From: a virus
Strand: one strand, 5' to 3'
DNA: 64,000 bases
IMG/VR virus record: IMGVR_UViG_3300028549_003662
Span: 82,099 to 146,098 of that record
Shown: in pieces, positions 55,482 through 64,000 of the stretch
How the letters are laid out: each line of letters starts with the position of its first letter
Position numbering within the stretch: the first letter of the stretch is position 1
The notes under the pieces: model-generated
Seen by the model: the letters and a program-made list of their open reading frames with translations, nothing else
Database searches by the model: none
What the model was told of the DNA's origin: nothing
Position numbers and translations under genes: made by a program

Positions 55482-57113
55482 ATGGCTCAAGCTGATTACA
55501 TCCGAGGCGCAGCCGACGGCTACACGGACATGCTGTCCGTCATCGTCGCATGGCTGACCGGTACAGACGGCGGAACCCCGCACAACACCCGTGCGCTGTG
55601 GACAAAACTGGCCGACTACGTCGATGAGGACACCGGAAGCGGCGCTCCCATGAACGGAGACGGCGAACGCTGCGTCATCCTGCGCGGTGACATCGCTGGT
55701 GAGCTCCCCATCTACATCGGGTTGCGCACCTTCCGCGGCTACGAGGGGCTGAACCAGCAGGGCATCCAAATCAACGCCTACACCCACTTCGACGCCGATC
55801 TCCCCTGGGATTGTCAGGCCGGTTCCTTGGCGAGTTCCGAAAACTACGTCTCGGCCAGCCACTTCTACGAGGGCTGCCCGGCGATCCTCGTCGGAAACGA
55901 GAACGTCTGCTACTGGCTAAACGCGGATGCGAAGCGCCTCGTGTGCACAGTGCGTACGCCCGTCATCCCGCAGGCCAGCGACTACACCAAGATCCGCCAG
56001 AGCGTCTGCTACGAGATGTTCTACCTGGGGTGGGCTAAAAGAATTGTATCCAAAGAAGGATACCCCTACCCGATGGTCGCCGCGGGTACGACCTATACTC
56101 TGGGCAACTCCGCGAAGGGGTATGTGCAGCGCAACTTCGCCTACAACAACATCTATGGCAGCCTGCGCCACATCCCGCCCTTCCACTGGGACTACATGAT
56201 GTACGAGGGCCTGCAGTCCCTGGTGTTCACCAGCAGGACGCTCGACGCTGATAACCGCCCCAGCGATCTCGTCATCAACTCGCGCTGGCCGCTCAGCCGC
56301 GACAATAAAGGAAATTGCGGTCCTGCTGTTGACGGAACGAGCACCGGGGGAAACCGCACTTACGCGGCCCCTATCCCGCTCACCGGAGCTACCAACCCCC
56401 TTTGCGGCCCTACGGACGCTGACGTCAGCGGCCCCTTCAGCATCCCCTGCATTGAGTACGGAACCACTCTGCAGTCTCACCTCAAGACGGCGCAGCAGAA
56501 CGCGCAGACGATATTCGTCTACGACCAGTTGCAATTTGCCAACCGCATCATGTACTTCGACGGCTTCTGGGGCTGGTACACCACCAACCCGGTGCGCAAC
56601 GCCTATGTGAAGAGCTTGTGCTGGTGCACGCACCGCGTCACCGAATGCGGCTCCTACAACTACCTGAACGAGCTCGGCAGCGCTCCACCGCTCTCCACCT
56701 ACGACGGCGGCATCAAGCACGATCAGGTCGCCGCTCACTACGGTTGGAACCCTGAGAAGGTCGTGGAGTCGTTGTCCGGCAAGCGCCTGCTCGTCCCCGT
56801 CTACATGGGCGCAGTGGGCTCCGTCGTGGAGCTGCAGAGCAACACCCGCTCCGAGTTCGGCTCCTTGAGCTACGACGGGGAGCAGCATCGCATCCAGATC
56901 GCTGGCGTGATGGACGGCCTGCACTTCGTGCCCGGCCTGGGGCTCTCCGCGCAGGACATCTTGAAGATCAGCGAAGAGGGCAACGTCATCCAGTACCTCA
57001 TTGTGCCTGACGTCTACCGGCGCGGCGCGTACAACTACTGCGCCATGCTCCTCGGAGCCACCGAGTGGCATGAACAGAACCCCGGCGCCACCACGCCGCG
57101 CGACAACGGTTAA
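55482..57113 (+). CDS. Virion structural protein (Chi/YuA-type family)
   Basis: G.A..Y.DML..I..WLT; YPYPMVAAG; GVMDGLHFVPG....QD.L...YLIVPDVYR. Confidence 0.7.
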   Translation: MAQADYIRGAADGYTDMLSVIVAWLTGTDGGTPHNTRALWTKLADYVDEDTGSGAPMNGDGERCVILRGDIAGELPIYIGLRTFRGYEGLNQQGIQINAYTHFDADLPWDCQAGSLASSENYVSASHFYEGCPAILVGNENVCYWLNADAKRLVCTVRTPVIPQASDYTKIRQSVCYEMFYLGWAKRIVSKEGYPYPMVAAGTTYTLGNSAKGYVQRNFAYNNIYGSLRHIPPFHWDYMMYEGLQSLVFTSRTLDADNRPSDLVINSRWPLSRDNKGNCGPAVDGTSTGGNRTYAAPIPLTGATNPLCGPTDADVSGPFSIPCIEYGTTLQSHLKTAQQNAQTIFVYDQLQFANRIMYFDGFWGWYTTNPVRNAYVKSLCWCTHRVTECGSYNYLNELGSAPPLSTYDGGIKHDQVAAHYGWNPEKVVESLSGKRLLVPVYMGAVGSVVELQSNTRSEFGSLSYDGEQHRIQIAGVMDGLHFVPGLGLSAQDILKISEEGNVIQYLIVPDVYRRGAYNYCAMLLGATEWHEQNPGATTPRDNG

Positions 57114-57128
57114 GGGAGGGCGTGATAA

Positions 57129-58295
57129 ATGGCCACCATCCACCACAGCAAGTACATGAGCAATGTGTCCTTCCAGAACTTTGTTCGTGCCATCAAAGAC
57201 TTCCTGGTCACGTTCGAGCCCAAGACGGGCTTCATGTGGTCCATCGTCTACAGCAGCGACACCGATAGCAGCGAGTTCTCCACGCAGCCCATCGTGTACA
57301 TCCTGAAGAAGGAGTGCACGAGCACCGCCGGGCAGGCCACGATGTACGTCAAGATGGTGTACGCCGCCGGTAAGCTCACCGTGCTCACCAGCCCCAACTA
57401 CGCCGCCGCCGACAACACATCCACGCTGCGCCTCACCGGCAGCCAGAAGAACGTCCTCGAATCCGACAACGCCACCGTAGCGGTGTTCCGCGCCGATGGC
57501 GCCGCTGTCGCACCGGACGCCGCCCCGGTGTGCCGCATGATCGCCGACCCCGCATTCGACCCGCTCACCCAGCGCTTCTCCAAGGTCTGGTTGATCCGCC
57601 AGCTCGGCCCGCTGTTCGATCAGGTCGGTGAGCGCAAGAACACCAACATCAGCCTGTGGGCAACGGTGTGCACCGGTGAGTTCGGCGTCGACCCCATCAC
57701 CACGCGCGGCTACTACCAGCACCTCGGATTCGGTGTGAGTGGCGAGGCCCTGGTGCCGGACGCCACATACGCCAACGGACCCGGCATGTACGCCGTCTGT
57801 GGCTCCTACACCAGCGACACCCCTGTTTCACTCACCAACGACGAACGTGTGTGGGCGGGCGGCGGGAACTTCGCCAACGCCGTCACCGGCACCGTCGTTC
57901 TCGTCGGCGCCTGGGAGGGCAAGCAGACGTGGTTCTGCCCGGCCAGCATGTACGGATACATCCGTGACCCCTTCGACGAGGCACGCATGCACAATGCCGG
58001 GAACGTGGGCTTCGACTTCACCGAGCTCTGCAAGTACAGCCCCTACAGCGGTGTCCGCGTGCTCACCCCTGCCTATGTGTTTGGGCAGTGGGACAACCTC
58101 TACCGCATCCTGAGCCGCATTCCGCTCTTCTACACCGACCTCGCCGGGCTCTACGCCGGTGACACCATCTCGCAGGTTCTAGACGCGGAGGTGAACAACT
58201 ACATGATCTTCCCGTTCATCATCTACGGCTGCGTGGCTGATGTGGAGGCCAAGCGGGGGTACGCGGTATTCGTACCCAACACCGAAGAAGTGTAG
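57129..58295 (+). CDS. Virion structural protein (same family)
   Basis: YYQHLGFG; RVLTPAYV...LYAGDTI...YMIFP. Confidence 0.7.
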   Translation: MATIHHSKYMSNVSFQNFVRAIKDFLVTFEPKTGFMWSIVYSSDTDSSEFSTQPIVYILKKECTSTAGQATMYVKMVYAAGKLTVLTSPNYAAADNTSTLRLTGSQKNVLESDNATVAVFRADGAAVAPDAAPVCRMIADPAFDPLTQRFSKVWLIRQLGPLFDQVGERKNTNISLWATVCTGEFGVDPITTRGYYQHLGFGVSGEALVPDATYANGPGMYAVCGSYTSDTPVSLTNDERVWAGGGNFANAVTGTVVLVGAWEGKQTWFCPASMYGYIRDPFDEARMHNAGNVGFDFTELCKYSPYSGVRVLTPAYVFGQWDNLYRILSRIPLFYTDLAGLYAGDTISQVLDAEVNNYMIFPFIIYGCVADVEAKRGYAVFVPNTEEV

Positions 58296-58301
58296 TCGTG
58301 C

Positions 58302-60872
58302 ATGTACGGCTCTTCGCGCTACGGCAGCGAGCACTTCTGCCCGTTCGACTACGATAGCGGGTACTACGGAGAGCCTGAAGCACATGTTGTAAACGGCGGC
58401 GTCGCATCCCTTGCAGTTCCTGGGGGTGAGGCGCCGTCGACCTCTTCCGGCCAGATCCTGGTCGGTTCTCAATCAGAGACCCCATTGGTCACACAAGCCA
58501 GCTTGTGGTCAGGCAACGTCCGCGACGAAATAAGTGTGCTCGACCTGGCGGCGGCAGAAGTCGCTGTTCCTGGAGTGGAGGCGCCGTCGACCATTGACGG
58601 TGTGTCGCTGTCCGCATTCGGCCTTGTGGCCATCCTTGCTCCGATGCCGCCACGGTACATGTTCTCCGAGACTTTCATATCCGGCACCGCGAACCCCTAT
58701 CTCTACGACACCAACCTCTACGACGAGAAGGTGCTCGAAGACCCCTACACGTCGTTCACCGTCAGCCAGTACAACACCGGAATGGCGCTCACGGAATGCA
58801 TGTTCGGGACAGGACAGCAGAGCATCCAGGGCGGGTTCGAGTTCGCCGCCGACTCCTTGATGGGCGTGCAGGCCACGCACAACCTCCACAGCGCCGTCGT
58901 TGTGGCTGATGAGAACGAGTTCATCGGGCTGCCCATTACGCTGCCCTGGGATGGCGCGAGCCCTCCCTACGTGTGGGATGCCCTCATCGCGGAGAGCCTG
59001 CACAACGCGCAGTCGCGGCCGCAGATTCCGCAGCTCATCCGGGAAGCCACCGTGGCCGCCGGGCTACTCACGCCGGAGCTCGACACCAAGCAACTCATCC
59101 CGATGTCCTTTGGCGGCATCGTCATGGACGTCTTCACATCACCGGATGGCTTCATCATCGCGCCGTCGCACATGGCCACTGCGTTCAACGGCCTCTTCTA
59201 CATCCAGGAGAAGATCACAGACCGCTTCATCTACGGAAGCAAGTACCACTACCTGTACCGGAATGCGCAGTACCTCGGCATCACGAACTGGCGGGTGCAG
59301 TACATCGACGGGAACAAGGTGGCCGGTGTGCTGACAGGGGTCATGGAGGCCGACCTGGCGTGCGGGAAATCGGCCGTGGATGACATTCCCGCCGACTACC
59401 TGTTCGCGCTGCACAACCCGGTTGCGACGATGTCCTACAACGTCGCCGCGATGGACCCCTCAGCGGGGGAGATGCTGCCGCGCATGCAGTACACCAGCGA
59501 TGTCTACCTGGGGCGCTCGGCGCGCTACAACGGCATCATGCACGCGTCCATTGAGACCCCTGGGGCGACCATCGTTCTGCGCACGCCGGACTTCCTGAGC
59601 GACCACGACGCCATAGAATTTGCGGCCGACGACATGATCGTGCTCGACAACATGGAAGGTGTGCTTTGCGCGCGGTACGACGACAGCGTCGCCCCCATCG
59701 AGATAGCTCTTGCAGAGTACCTGTGCGGGCGCAGCGACCCCGGCGCGGAGTACGGCGACGTGTTGAACGTGCAAAGCGCCTACGGGGCCTATGCAGCACC
59801 TGCGCTCGACGACAGCACCGATACGCTGCTGCTCCAGGAGGCGGTGCACGATCTCGACGAGCCCTTCATCCTTCCGACGCACATCGCTGCCGCGCTGTTC
59901 GCCGTGGACAACCACCCGCTGTTCATCGCCTACGACACCTGCGAAACGATTGCTATTGGGCTCGCGGAGTCCGTGGCAGATCCGACATCGTCACTGGACG
60001 CCGCCATGCTGGACGCGCGCGAGGCCACCAACGCTGTGCTGGTTACGCTGCCAGAAGACACCGCGCACGGCAGCTACGTGAGCTTCGCTGACCGCTCCTG
60101 CGCGCCTTCGCTGTTCCTCACCGGCTACATCACAGCGGCAGCGTACGTCGTGGCCTACGTGGGCAGCACGCGAGAGGAGAATGCGCTGGCCCTGGCGGGC
60201 ATCTTCGAGAGTGTGTTCGACTGCGGAGACGCATCACCAGAATTTGTAGCCGCGACGCTCTTCTCTGTGACCGTCGATGAGGGACGCGGCGGCGGCGGAC
60301 CTGGCCAGCGCGATGAGGCCGCGGACGTGCGGATCTTCATGTCTGATAAGCGGGACTGCGCGTTCTCGTACAGCTACATCGACGCAGAAGGCGGGATTGA
60401 AATCGTCGTGGTTGCTGCCAATAATGGCGAGGCCCCGGCGCACGAGGTTATCGTCACCGCCGGTCCCGCGTTCCTGGAGTTTACCTGCTCGCATAGCAGC
60501 GTAAGCGGAGTTGGAGAAATAGCGGATGGCTTCGAGTTCACTGAGGAAGGCATTGTGCACGCTTTCTCCGATCAGGCAGCGGTCGTCGACATAGCGCTTT
60601 CCGACCCCGGTGTGGAAGACCACGGCATGACGTTCGACGCAGCGTTCCTCGAACTCGGTGACTTCGTGCTGATGCCCTTCGACACCATTACGGCAACAAC
60701 GATGGCATACGCCACCGCGAGTTGCGCATATTCCGCAGCGGAGTTCTACGGGGACATAACCATCGAAGGGGTGTATATCAACATAGCCCCGCAACCATAC
60801 TGGTATGACTTCGTCATCGAGTACGACTACCAGTCCACCACCGACCCCTCGGACATGGCCTTTATTTTCTAA
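58302..60872 (+). CDS. Large, very acidic putative tail protein
   Basis: 856-aa D/E-rich ORF; N-terminal YG repeats and a duplicated AVPG.EAPST; ends the plus-strand operon. Confidence 0.65.
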   Translation: MYGSSRYGSEHFCPFDYDSGYYGEPEAHVVNGGVASLAVPGGEAPSTSSGQILVGSQSETPLVTQASLWSGNVRDEISVLDLAAAEVAVPGVEAPSTIDGVSLSAFGLVAILAPMPPRYMFSETFISGTANPYLYDTNLYDEKVLEDPYTSFTVSQYNTGMALTECMFGTGQQSIQGGFEFAADSLMGVQATHNLHSAVVVADENEFIGLPITLPWDGASPPYVWDALIAESLHNAQSRPQIPQLIREATVAAGLLTPELDTKQLIPMSFGGIVMDVFTSPDGFIIAPSHMATAFNGLFYIQEKITDRFIYGSKYHYLYRNAQYLGITNWRVQYIDGNKVAGVLTGVMEADLACGKSAVDDIPADYLFALHNPVATMSYNVAAMDPSAGEMLPRMQYTSDVYLGRSARYNGIMHASIETPGATIVLRTPDFLSDHDAIEFAADDMIVLDNMEGVLCARYDDSVAPIEIALAEYLCGRSDPGAEYGDVLNVQSAYGAYAAPALDDSTDTLLLQEAVHDLDEPFILPTHIAAALFAVDNHPLFIAYDTCETIAIGLAESVADPTSSLDAAMLDAREATNAVLVTLPEDTAHGSYVSFADRSCAPSLFLTGYITAAAYVVAYVGSTREENALALAGIFESVFDCGDASPEFVAATLFSVTVDEGRGGGGPGQRDEAADVRIFMSDKRDCAFSYSYIDAEGGIEIVVVAANNGEAPAHEVIVTAGPAFLEFTCSHSSVSGVGEIADGFEFTEEGIVHAFSDQAAVVDIALSDPGVEDHGMTFDAAFLELGDFVLMPFDTITATTMAYATASCAYSAAEFYGDITIEGVYINIAPQPYWYDFVIEYDYQSTTDPSDMAFIF

Positions 60873-61539
60873 AGCTCTTCTGCAACGCTTCGTCATAATC
60901 GGCGTCCAGTTTCTGGAGGAACTCCAGCGAGTAGTTGTTCTCGAAGGCCTTTACGTCCGTGGCCGACGGCGACGAGTTCTCATGCACCAGAAGCAGGTAC
61001 GGCGGCACGCGCCGCGACTGCAACACATGCGCTTGCATGCCTTCCGTGAAGAGCTCGAACTGGTCGCGGACGACGTAGTTGCACAGGGAGGACACGTCGT
61101 CGCTGTGCTCCTGCACCTGCATCTCCTCGGCGCTCAACGGCGCCCCGGCGGGAACGACAACGCCGCCTTCCGTCACTGCGATGCACGCACCGGGGCGGAA
61201 CTTCCCGCGCGCGCAGCCTTCGACGTAGCTGTTCGCGATGGCCTGGGGCATCCGGTACAGCTTCTCGCCCCCGGCTTCCGTGAACCCGAAGAAGAGGTAG
61301 AACTTGTGCCGCGTGAACTTCGAGATCACAGAGTCGTCAGTGCAACGCTGGCAGTGGAAGCGGAACTTCCCCGGATAGAGCACGTCCAGGCACGGGTACG
61401 CCGGGGCCTGCTGCAGGACAAACTTGGCGGACGCGCGCGTCTGGTCTGTGGTACCGGCTCCGCTTCCCCAGCCACCGGCGGCCGGAGGGGCAGCAGGCGG
61501 GGTAGGCGGGGCCGCGGGGAGAACGGGGTTAGTCGACAT
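60862..61539 (-). CDS. Hypothetical protein, possibly a diverged ssDNA-binding protein
   Basis: Pro/Ala-rich N-terminus, GWG, CxxC; coupled to the UvsY-like gene. Confidence 0.55.
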   Translation of the reverse strand: MSTNPVLPAAPPTPPAAPPAAGGWGSGAGTTDQTRASAKFVLQQAPAYPCLDVLYPGKFRFHCQRCTDDSVISKFTRHKFYLFFGFTEAGGEKLYRMPQAIANSYVEGCARGKFRPGACIAVTEGGVVVPAGAPLSAEEMQVQEHSDDVSSLCNYVVRDQFELFTEGMQAHVLQSRRVPPYLLLVHENSSPSATDVKAFENNYSLEFLQKLDADYDEALQKSFRK

Positions 61540-62065
61540 CTTGCACCCACGGCTTGTTCATGCGGTCGGTGAGGGTGTTGTACCTGCGGATGCCTTCACG
61601 GAGTTCCACGTTGAGGTCGAAGGCGTCCTTGCGGTCGCGCACGATGACTTCGTGGTCGAGCTTGAGCAGCACCGTGAGGAGGTCGGCGCGCTTCGAGAAC
61701 AGGCGGCTGACCTGCTTGACAAACGCCAGCATCTCCTCGGCCTCAATGATCTGCCGGTTGAGCTGCTTGATTTCCGGGTGTACCTGCAACTCGTACTTGG
61801 CGTAGTTGGTCACGGCAGACGCACTCTTGGCGGTCTGGATGTATCGGGACACCAACTCCGCACTGAGCTCTTCGAGCTTGCGATCCAACAAGAGCTTCTT
61901 GTGATAGAACTCCCGCTCGTAGGCTATCCACATGCCGTGGTCGACGCTGTGCGTCTTGATGACGTTTGCGATGCTGGCCAACGAAGAGTCGTCGATGGCC
62001 ATCGACTTGATGATCTCAATCGCGGATATCGCTCGCGGTCCTTGTGCACGTACTTGCTCGCTCAT
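61529..62065 (-). CDS. uvsY: UvsY-like recombination mediator
   Basis: All-helical; H..W...E...LE...AEL...Y...HPE...L...I.EAE......F.KR..LL; AGGAGG RBS. Confidence 0.6.
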   Translation of the reverse strand: MSEQVRAQGPRAISAIEIIKSMAIDDSSLASIANVIKTHSVDHGMWIAYEREFYHKKLLLDRKLEELSAELVSRYIQTAKSASAVTNYAKYELQVHPEIKQLNRQIIEAEEMLAFVKQVSRLFSKRADLLTVLLKLDHEVIVRDRKDAFDLNVELREGIRRYNTLTDRMNKPWVQDVD

Positions 62066-62091
62066 CGTATCCTCCTATATCATATCGTATC

Positions 62092-62544
62092 TTATGCGTC
62101 GCGGTGTTGCGCAATGGCCAAGACTGCGTGCGACATGAGGATGGCGAGTTGCTGGTCGCGCTCCTCGAAAAGCATCCCCAACCCCATTTCAGGCTTGGCG
62201 TGTTCGAACACAACATGCGGCCGCCGCCCCGACAGCACCCCGACATCCTGGCTGCTGATGTCGTACCCAAACGATGACAGCCAGTCGTACGGCAGCACGT
62301 GGGCCTTCTTGGCGGCGTCGCTGTACTCCATCTTCCCCTGCCCGGCCAGGAACGCCCGCAACGCATACTCGTTGTCAGTCACGAAGGGGTAGGCGACGCG
62401 CTTGCTCAGCTTGGCGCTGTACACGAACAGCCCATCACCCTGCACGGTCAGGGAGTCGCCGAAGACGAAGACATCCAGGGCCTGGAACCAATACAGGTTC
62501 AACGCCATGTAAAGCAACGACAGATCAACCGTAAGTGGACTCAT
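62092..62544 (-). CDS. Hypothetical protein
   Basis: Coupled ORF; weak resemblance to a sliding-clamp N-terminal domain. Confidence 0.55.
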   Translation of the reverse strand: MSPLTVDLSLLYMALNLYWFQALDVFVFGDSLTVQGDGLFVYSAKLSKRVAYPFVTDNEYALRAFLAGQGKMEYSDAAKKAHVLPYDWLSSFGYDISSQDVGVLSGRRPHVVFEHAKPEMGLGMLFEERDQQLAILMSHAVLAIAQHRDA

Positions 62545-63232
62545 ACAGAGCTTTCTCCTTCGCCAAGACCGCTCGGCCGTGCCCGGACTCCTGCAGAACA
62601 GGAATGACGTACTGGCTGTACGGGGACTCCTCGACGCTGACACCCTCCGGGGCGATGAGCACCCAGCAGGAGTCGATTGCCGTCGCAGGGACATACACAG
62701 CATACACGGACCTTTTCAGGCGGTCGGCATAATACTTTACAACATGCCTGTGTTTTGTCGGACTTCCTGCCGGGAGAATGAACCACTTTTCGGGGTGATT
62801 GTCAAGACTTTCTGCACATGCGATGTCCAAACGGTTCGCATGCAGGAAAGCCAACGGGGATACGAAGGCTACCATGTCGTGGCCTTCGAAGGACACGGCG
62901 TCGGTGGTGTGCGGGCACTGCCACGTGATCCGGTTCAGGCTGATGAGCTTGGAGATATACTCCCGCGTCCAGACGCGATGGGTGTACATCTTGGGCTCAC
63001 GCAGCATCCCCAGGATGTCGTCGACGATCAGCGGCGCCGTGCTGAAGTGCTTGATGAGCGCGTCGAGCACCCGGTACACCCCAGGGCTGTACAGGCTGGA
63101 GAACGCCGCGGAGTTCGACAGCATGTACACGCTCTCCCCCATGCCCTCGTAGATGCAGAAAGGCAGCGGGAGCGGCGTGGAGTAGACGAGCTTCTTAGAG
63201 AACAGGAATGAAATTTCTGGGTTCACCGTCAT
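62525..63232 (-). CDS. Hypothetical protein, possibly a degenerate Dam (D12-class) methyltransferase fold
   Basis: IYEGMGESVY resembles motif I; DMVAFVSPL sits at the DPPY position; KWFIL; GAGGA RBS. Confidence 0.5.
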   Translation of the reverse strand: MTVNPEISFLFSKKLVYSTPLPLPFCIYEGMGESVYMLSNSAAFSSLYSPGVYRVLDALIKHFSTAPLIVDDILGMLREPKMYTHRVWTREYISKLISLNRITWQCPHTTDAVSFEGHDMVAFVSPLAFLHANRLDIACAESLDNHPEKWFILPAGSPTKHRHVVKYYADRLKRSVYAVYVPATAIDSCWVLIAPEGVSVEESPYSQYVIPVLQESGHGRAVLAKEKALYESTYG

Positions 63233-63719
63233 GTCGTTCCTCAAGTCTGAATTCGAAGAGCCACTGCAGGCTCTTCTTGATGGCCACGGGGTAGCAGGGA
63301 TGCGGAGGCGCCTTGTACATGTTGTTGGAAACTCTGATGCAGTCCACGACGGGGTCGTGCGCGTGCTTCTTGTCTTCGATGATCCTCGCCAGGGCCTCGA
63401 AGCCCTGGACGACCACGTTGTCTTCTCCGCAGCTTTCGATGACGGGCGGCCACCAGATGCGGAACTGGCCACTGATCTCCTGCATGCCGCATCCGCGCGC
63501 GTAGTGCTGGTACCCGGTGTTGGCCCAGAACAACTCCGCGAGCTTCGTGTACGCGGAGTACCGCCGCGTCAGCAGCGCGCCCTGCGAGGACAGGCAGAGC
63601 TCGCTCAGGTGCATCTTGGTGCGGAAGATGGAAGCCGACGCGTAGCAGCGCGTCCCGTTTGTCGTGACCCTCTCGCGCAGTGCGGCGCAAACGTGCTGTT
63701 CATCAAGGGTCTGGTACAT
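63195..63719 (-). CDS. Truncated or degenerate thymidylate synthase-like protein
   Basis: LLTRR...AELFW...G, GQFRIWWP and PPHPC in thymidylate-synthase-like spacing; no RSxD or HxY. Confidence 0.5.
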   Translation of the reverse strand: MYQTLDEQHVCAALRERVTTNGTRCYASASIFRTKMHLSELCLSSQGALLTRRYSAYTKLAELFWANTGYQHYARGCGMQEISGQFRIWWPPVIESCGEDNVVVQGFEALARIIEDKKHAHDPVVDCIRVSNNMYKAPPHPCYPVAIKKSLQWLFEFRLEERHDGEPRNFIPVL

Positions 63720-64000
63720 CAGTCTTGCTCCTCGCGGTACGGCGACGTCGGGACAACTTTGAATGTTCCGCTGGTGAGGAGGTGGTCCTTGGCGGCGTGC
63801 TCACCCTGGGGGAGGACGCCATGCTTGGCCACGTGCTGCGCGATGCTGGCCAGCCAATCCTCCGGGGAAATGCCGGTGCGTCCGGGGATCTGTCGGGCGA
63901 GCAGCGAACGCTTCCGCTCCGCATTCCGCACCTCGGCGTCCAGCATGTACTGCATGTTGTGTTCGACACCGGCCGGAAGGGTCTGGAAGCCCTCGATGCG
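63719..64000 (-). CDS. Hypothetical protein, 5-prime end outside the window
   Basis: Frame is open from the window edge to the stop at 63719. Confidence 0.55.
   Translation of the reverse strand, partial: RIEGFQTLPAGVEHNMQYMLDAEVRNAERKRSLLARQIPGRTGISPEDWLASIAQHVAKHGVLPQGEHAAKDHLLTSGTFKVVPTSPYREEQD

Noticed and set aside
34150-60900. Recombinase-type inverted repeats at the strand-switch junctions
   Set aside because: None found by eye; only a short direct TATTTTC match, which is too weak. An einverted run would settle it.
62092-62544. Firm call as a sliding clamp
   Set aside because: Only a vague hydrophobic pattern and too short; left as hypothetical.
1-64000. CRISPR array, tRNA/rRNA, integrase, IS elements, stop-codon reassignment
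   Set aside because: No spaced repeats, cloverleaf motifs or transposase motifs seen; intergenic gaps are very short; TAA, TAG and TGA all end genes at sensible positions.

Overview
This window is a 64-kb piece of a GC-rich tailed phage genome with a long non-contractile, Chi/YSD1-like tail. The host is probably a Gram-negative anaerobe, inferred from the spanins, the GH108 endolysin and the class III RNR. The minus-strand left arm (1-34.2 kb) carries speD, a split class III ribonucleotide reductase (intein-containing NrdD, NrdG, dUTPase, and a separate 44-50 aa glycyl-radical peptide missing from the ORF track), an expanded lysis cassette, many modular fibre/appendage genes, TerL/TerS, a SpeE-like aminopropyltransferase and the tail-tip genes. 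A plus-strand block (34.2-60.9 kb) carries the capsid, neck genes, two paralogous tail-tube genes, a G/GT chaperone with a -1 frameshift, a 3473-aa tape measure protein with an SLT domain, and further virion proteins. The minus-strand right end carries a UvsY-like gene and several diverged genes. No portal, protease, integrase, tRNA or CRISPR array was seen. The main hunt results are: (1) a free-standing intein/LAGLIDADG-like gene that appears to have lost its catalytic residues; (2) several other intact ORFs resembling enzymes without their catalytic residues (thymidylate synthase, Dam, MYG1/DHH, NlpC/P60); (3) an apparent 26.6-kb inversion that, if reversed, joins most of these genes and restores the usual tail gene order; (4) AT-shifted codon patches at the NrdD active-site motifs. 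All family assignments come from motif reading by eye and need HMM or structure confirmation.
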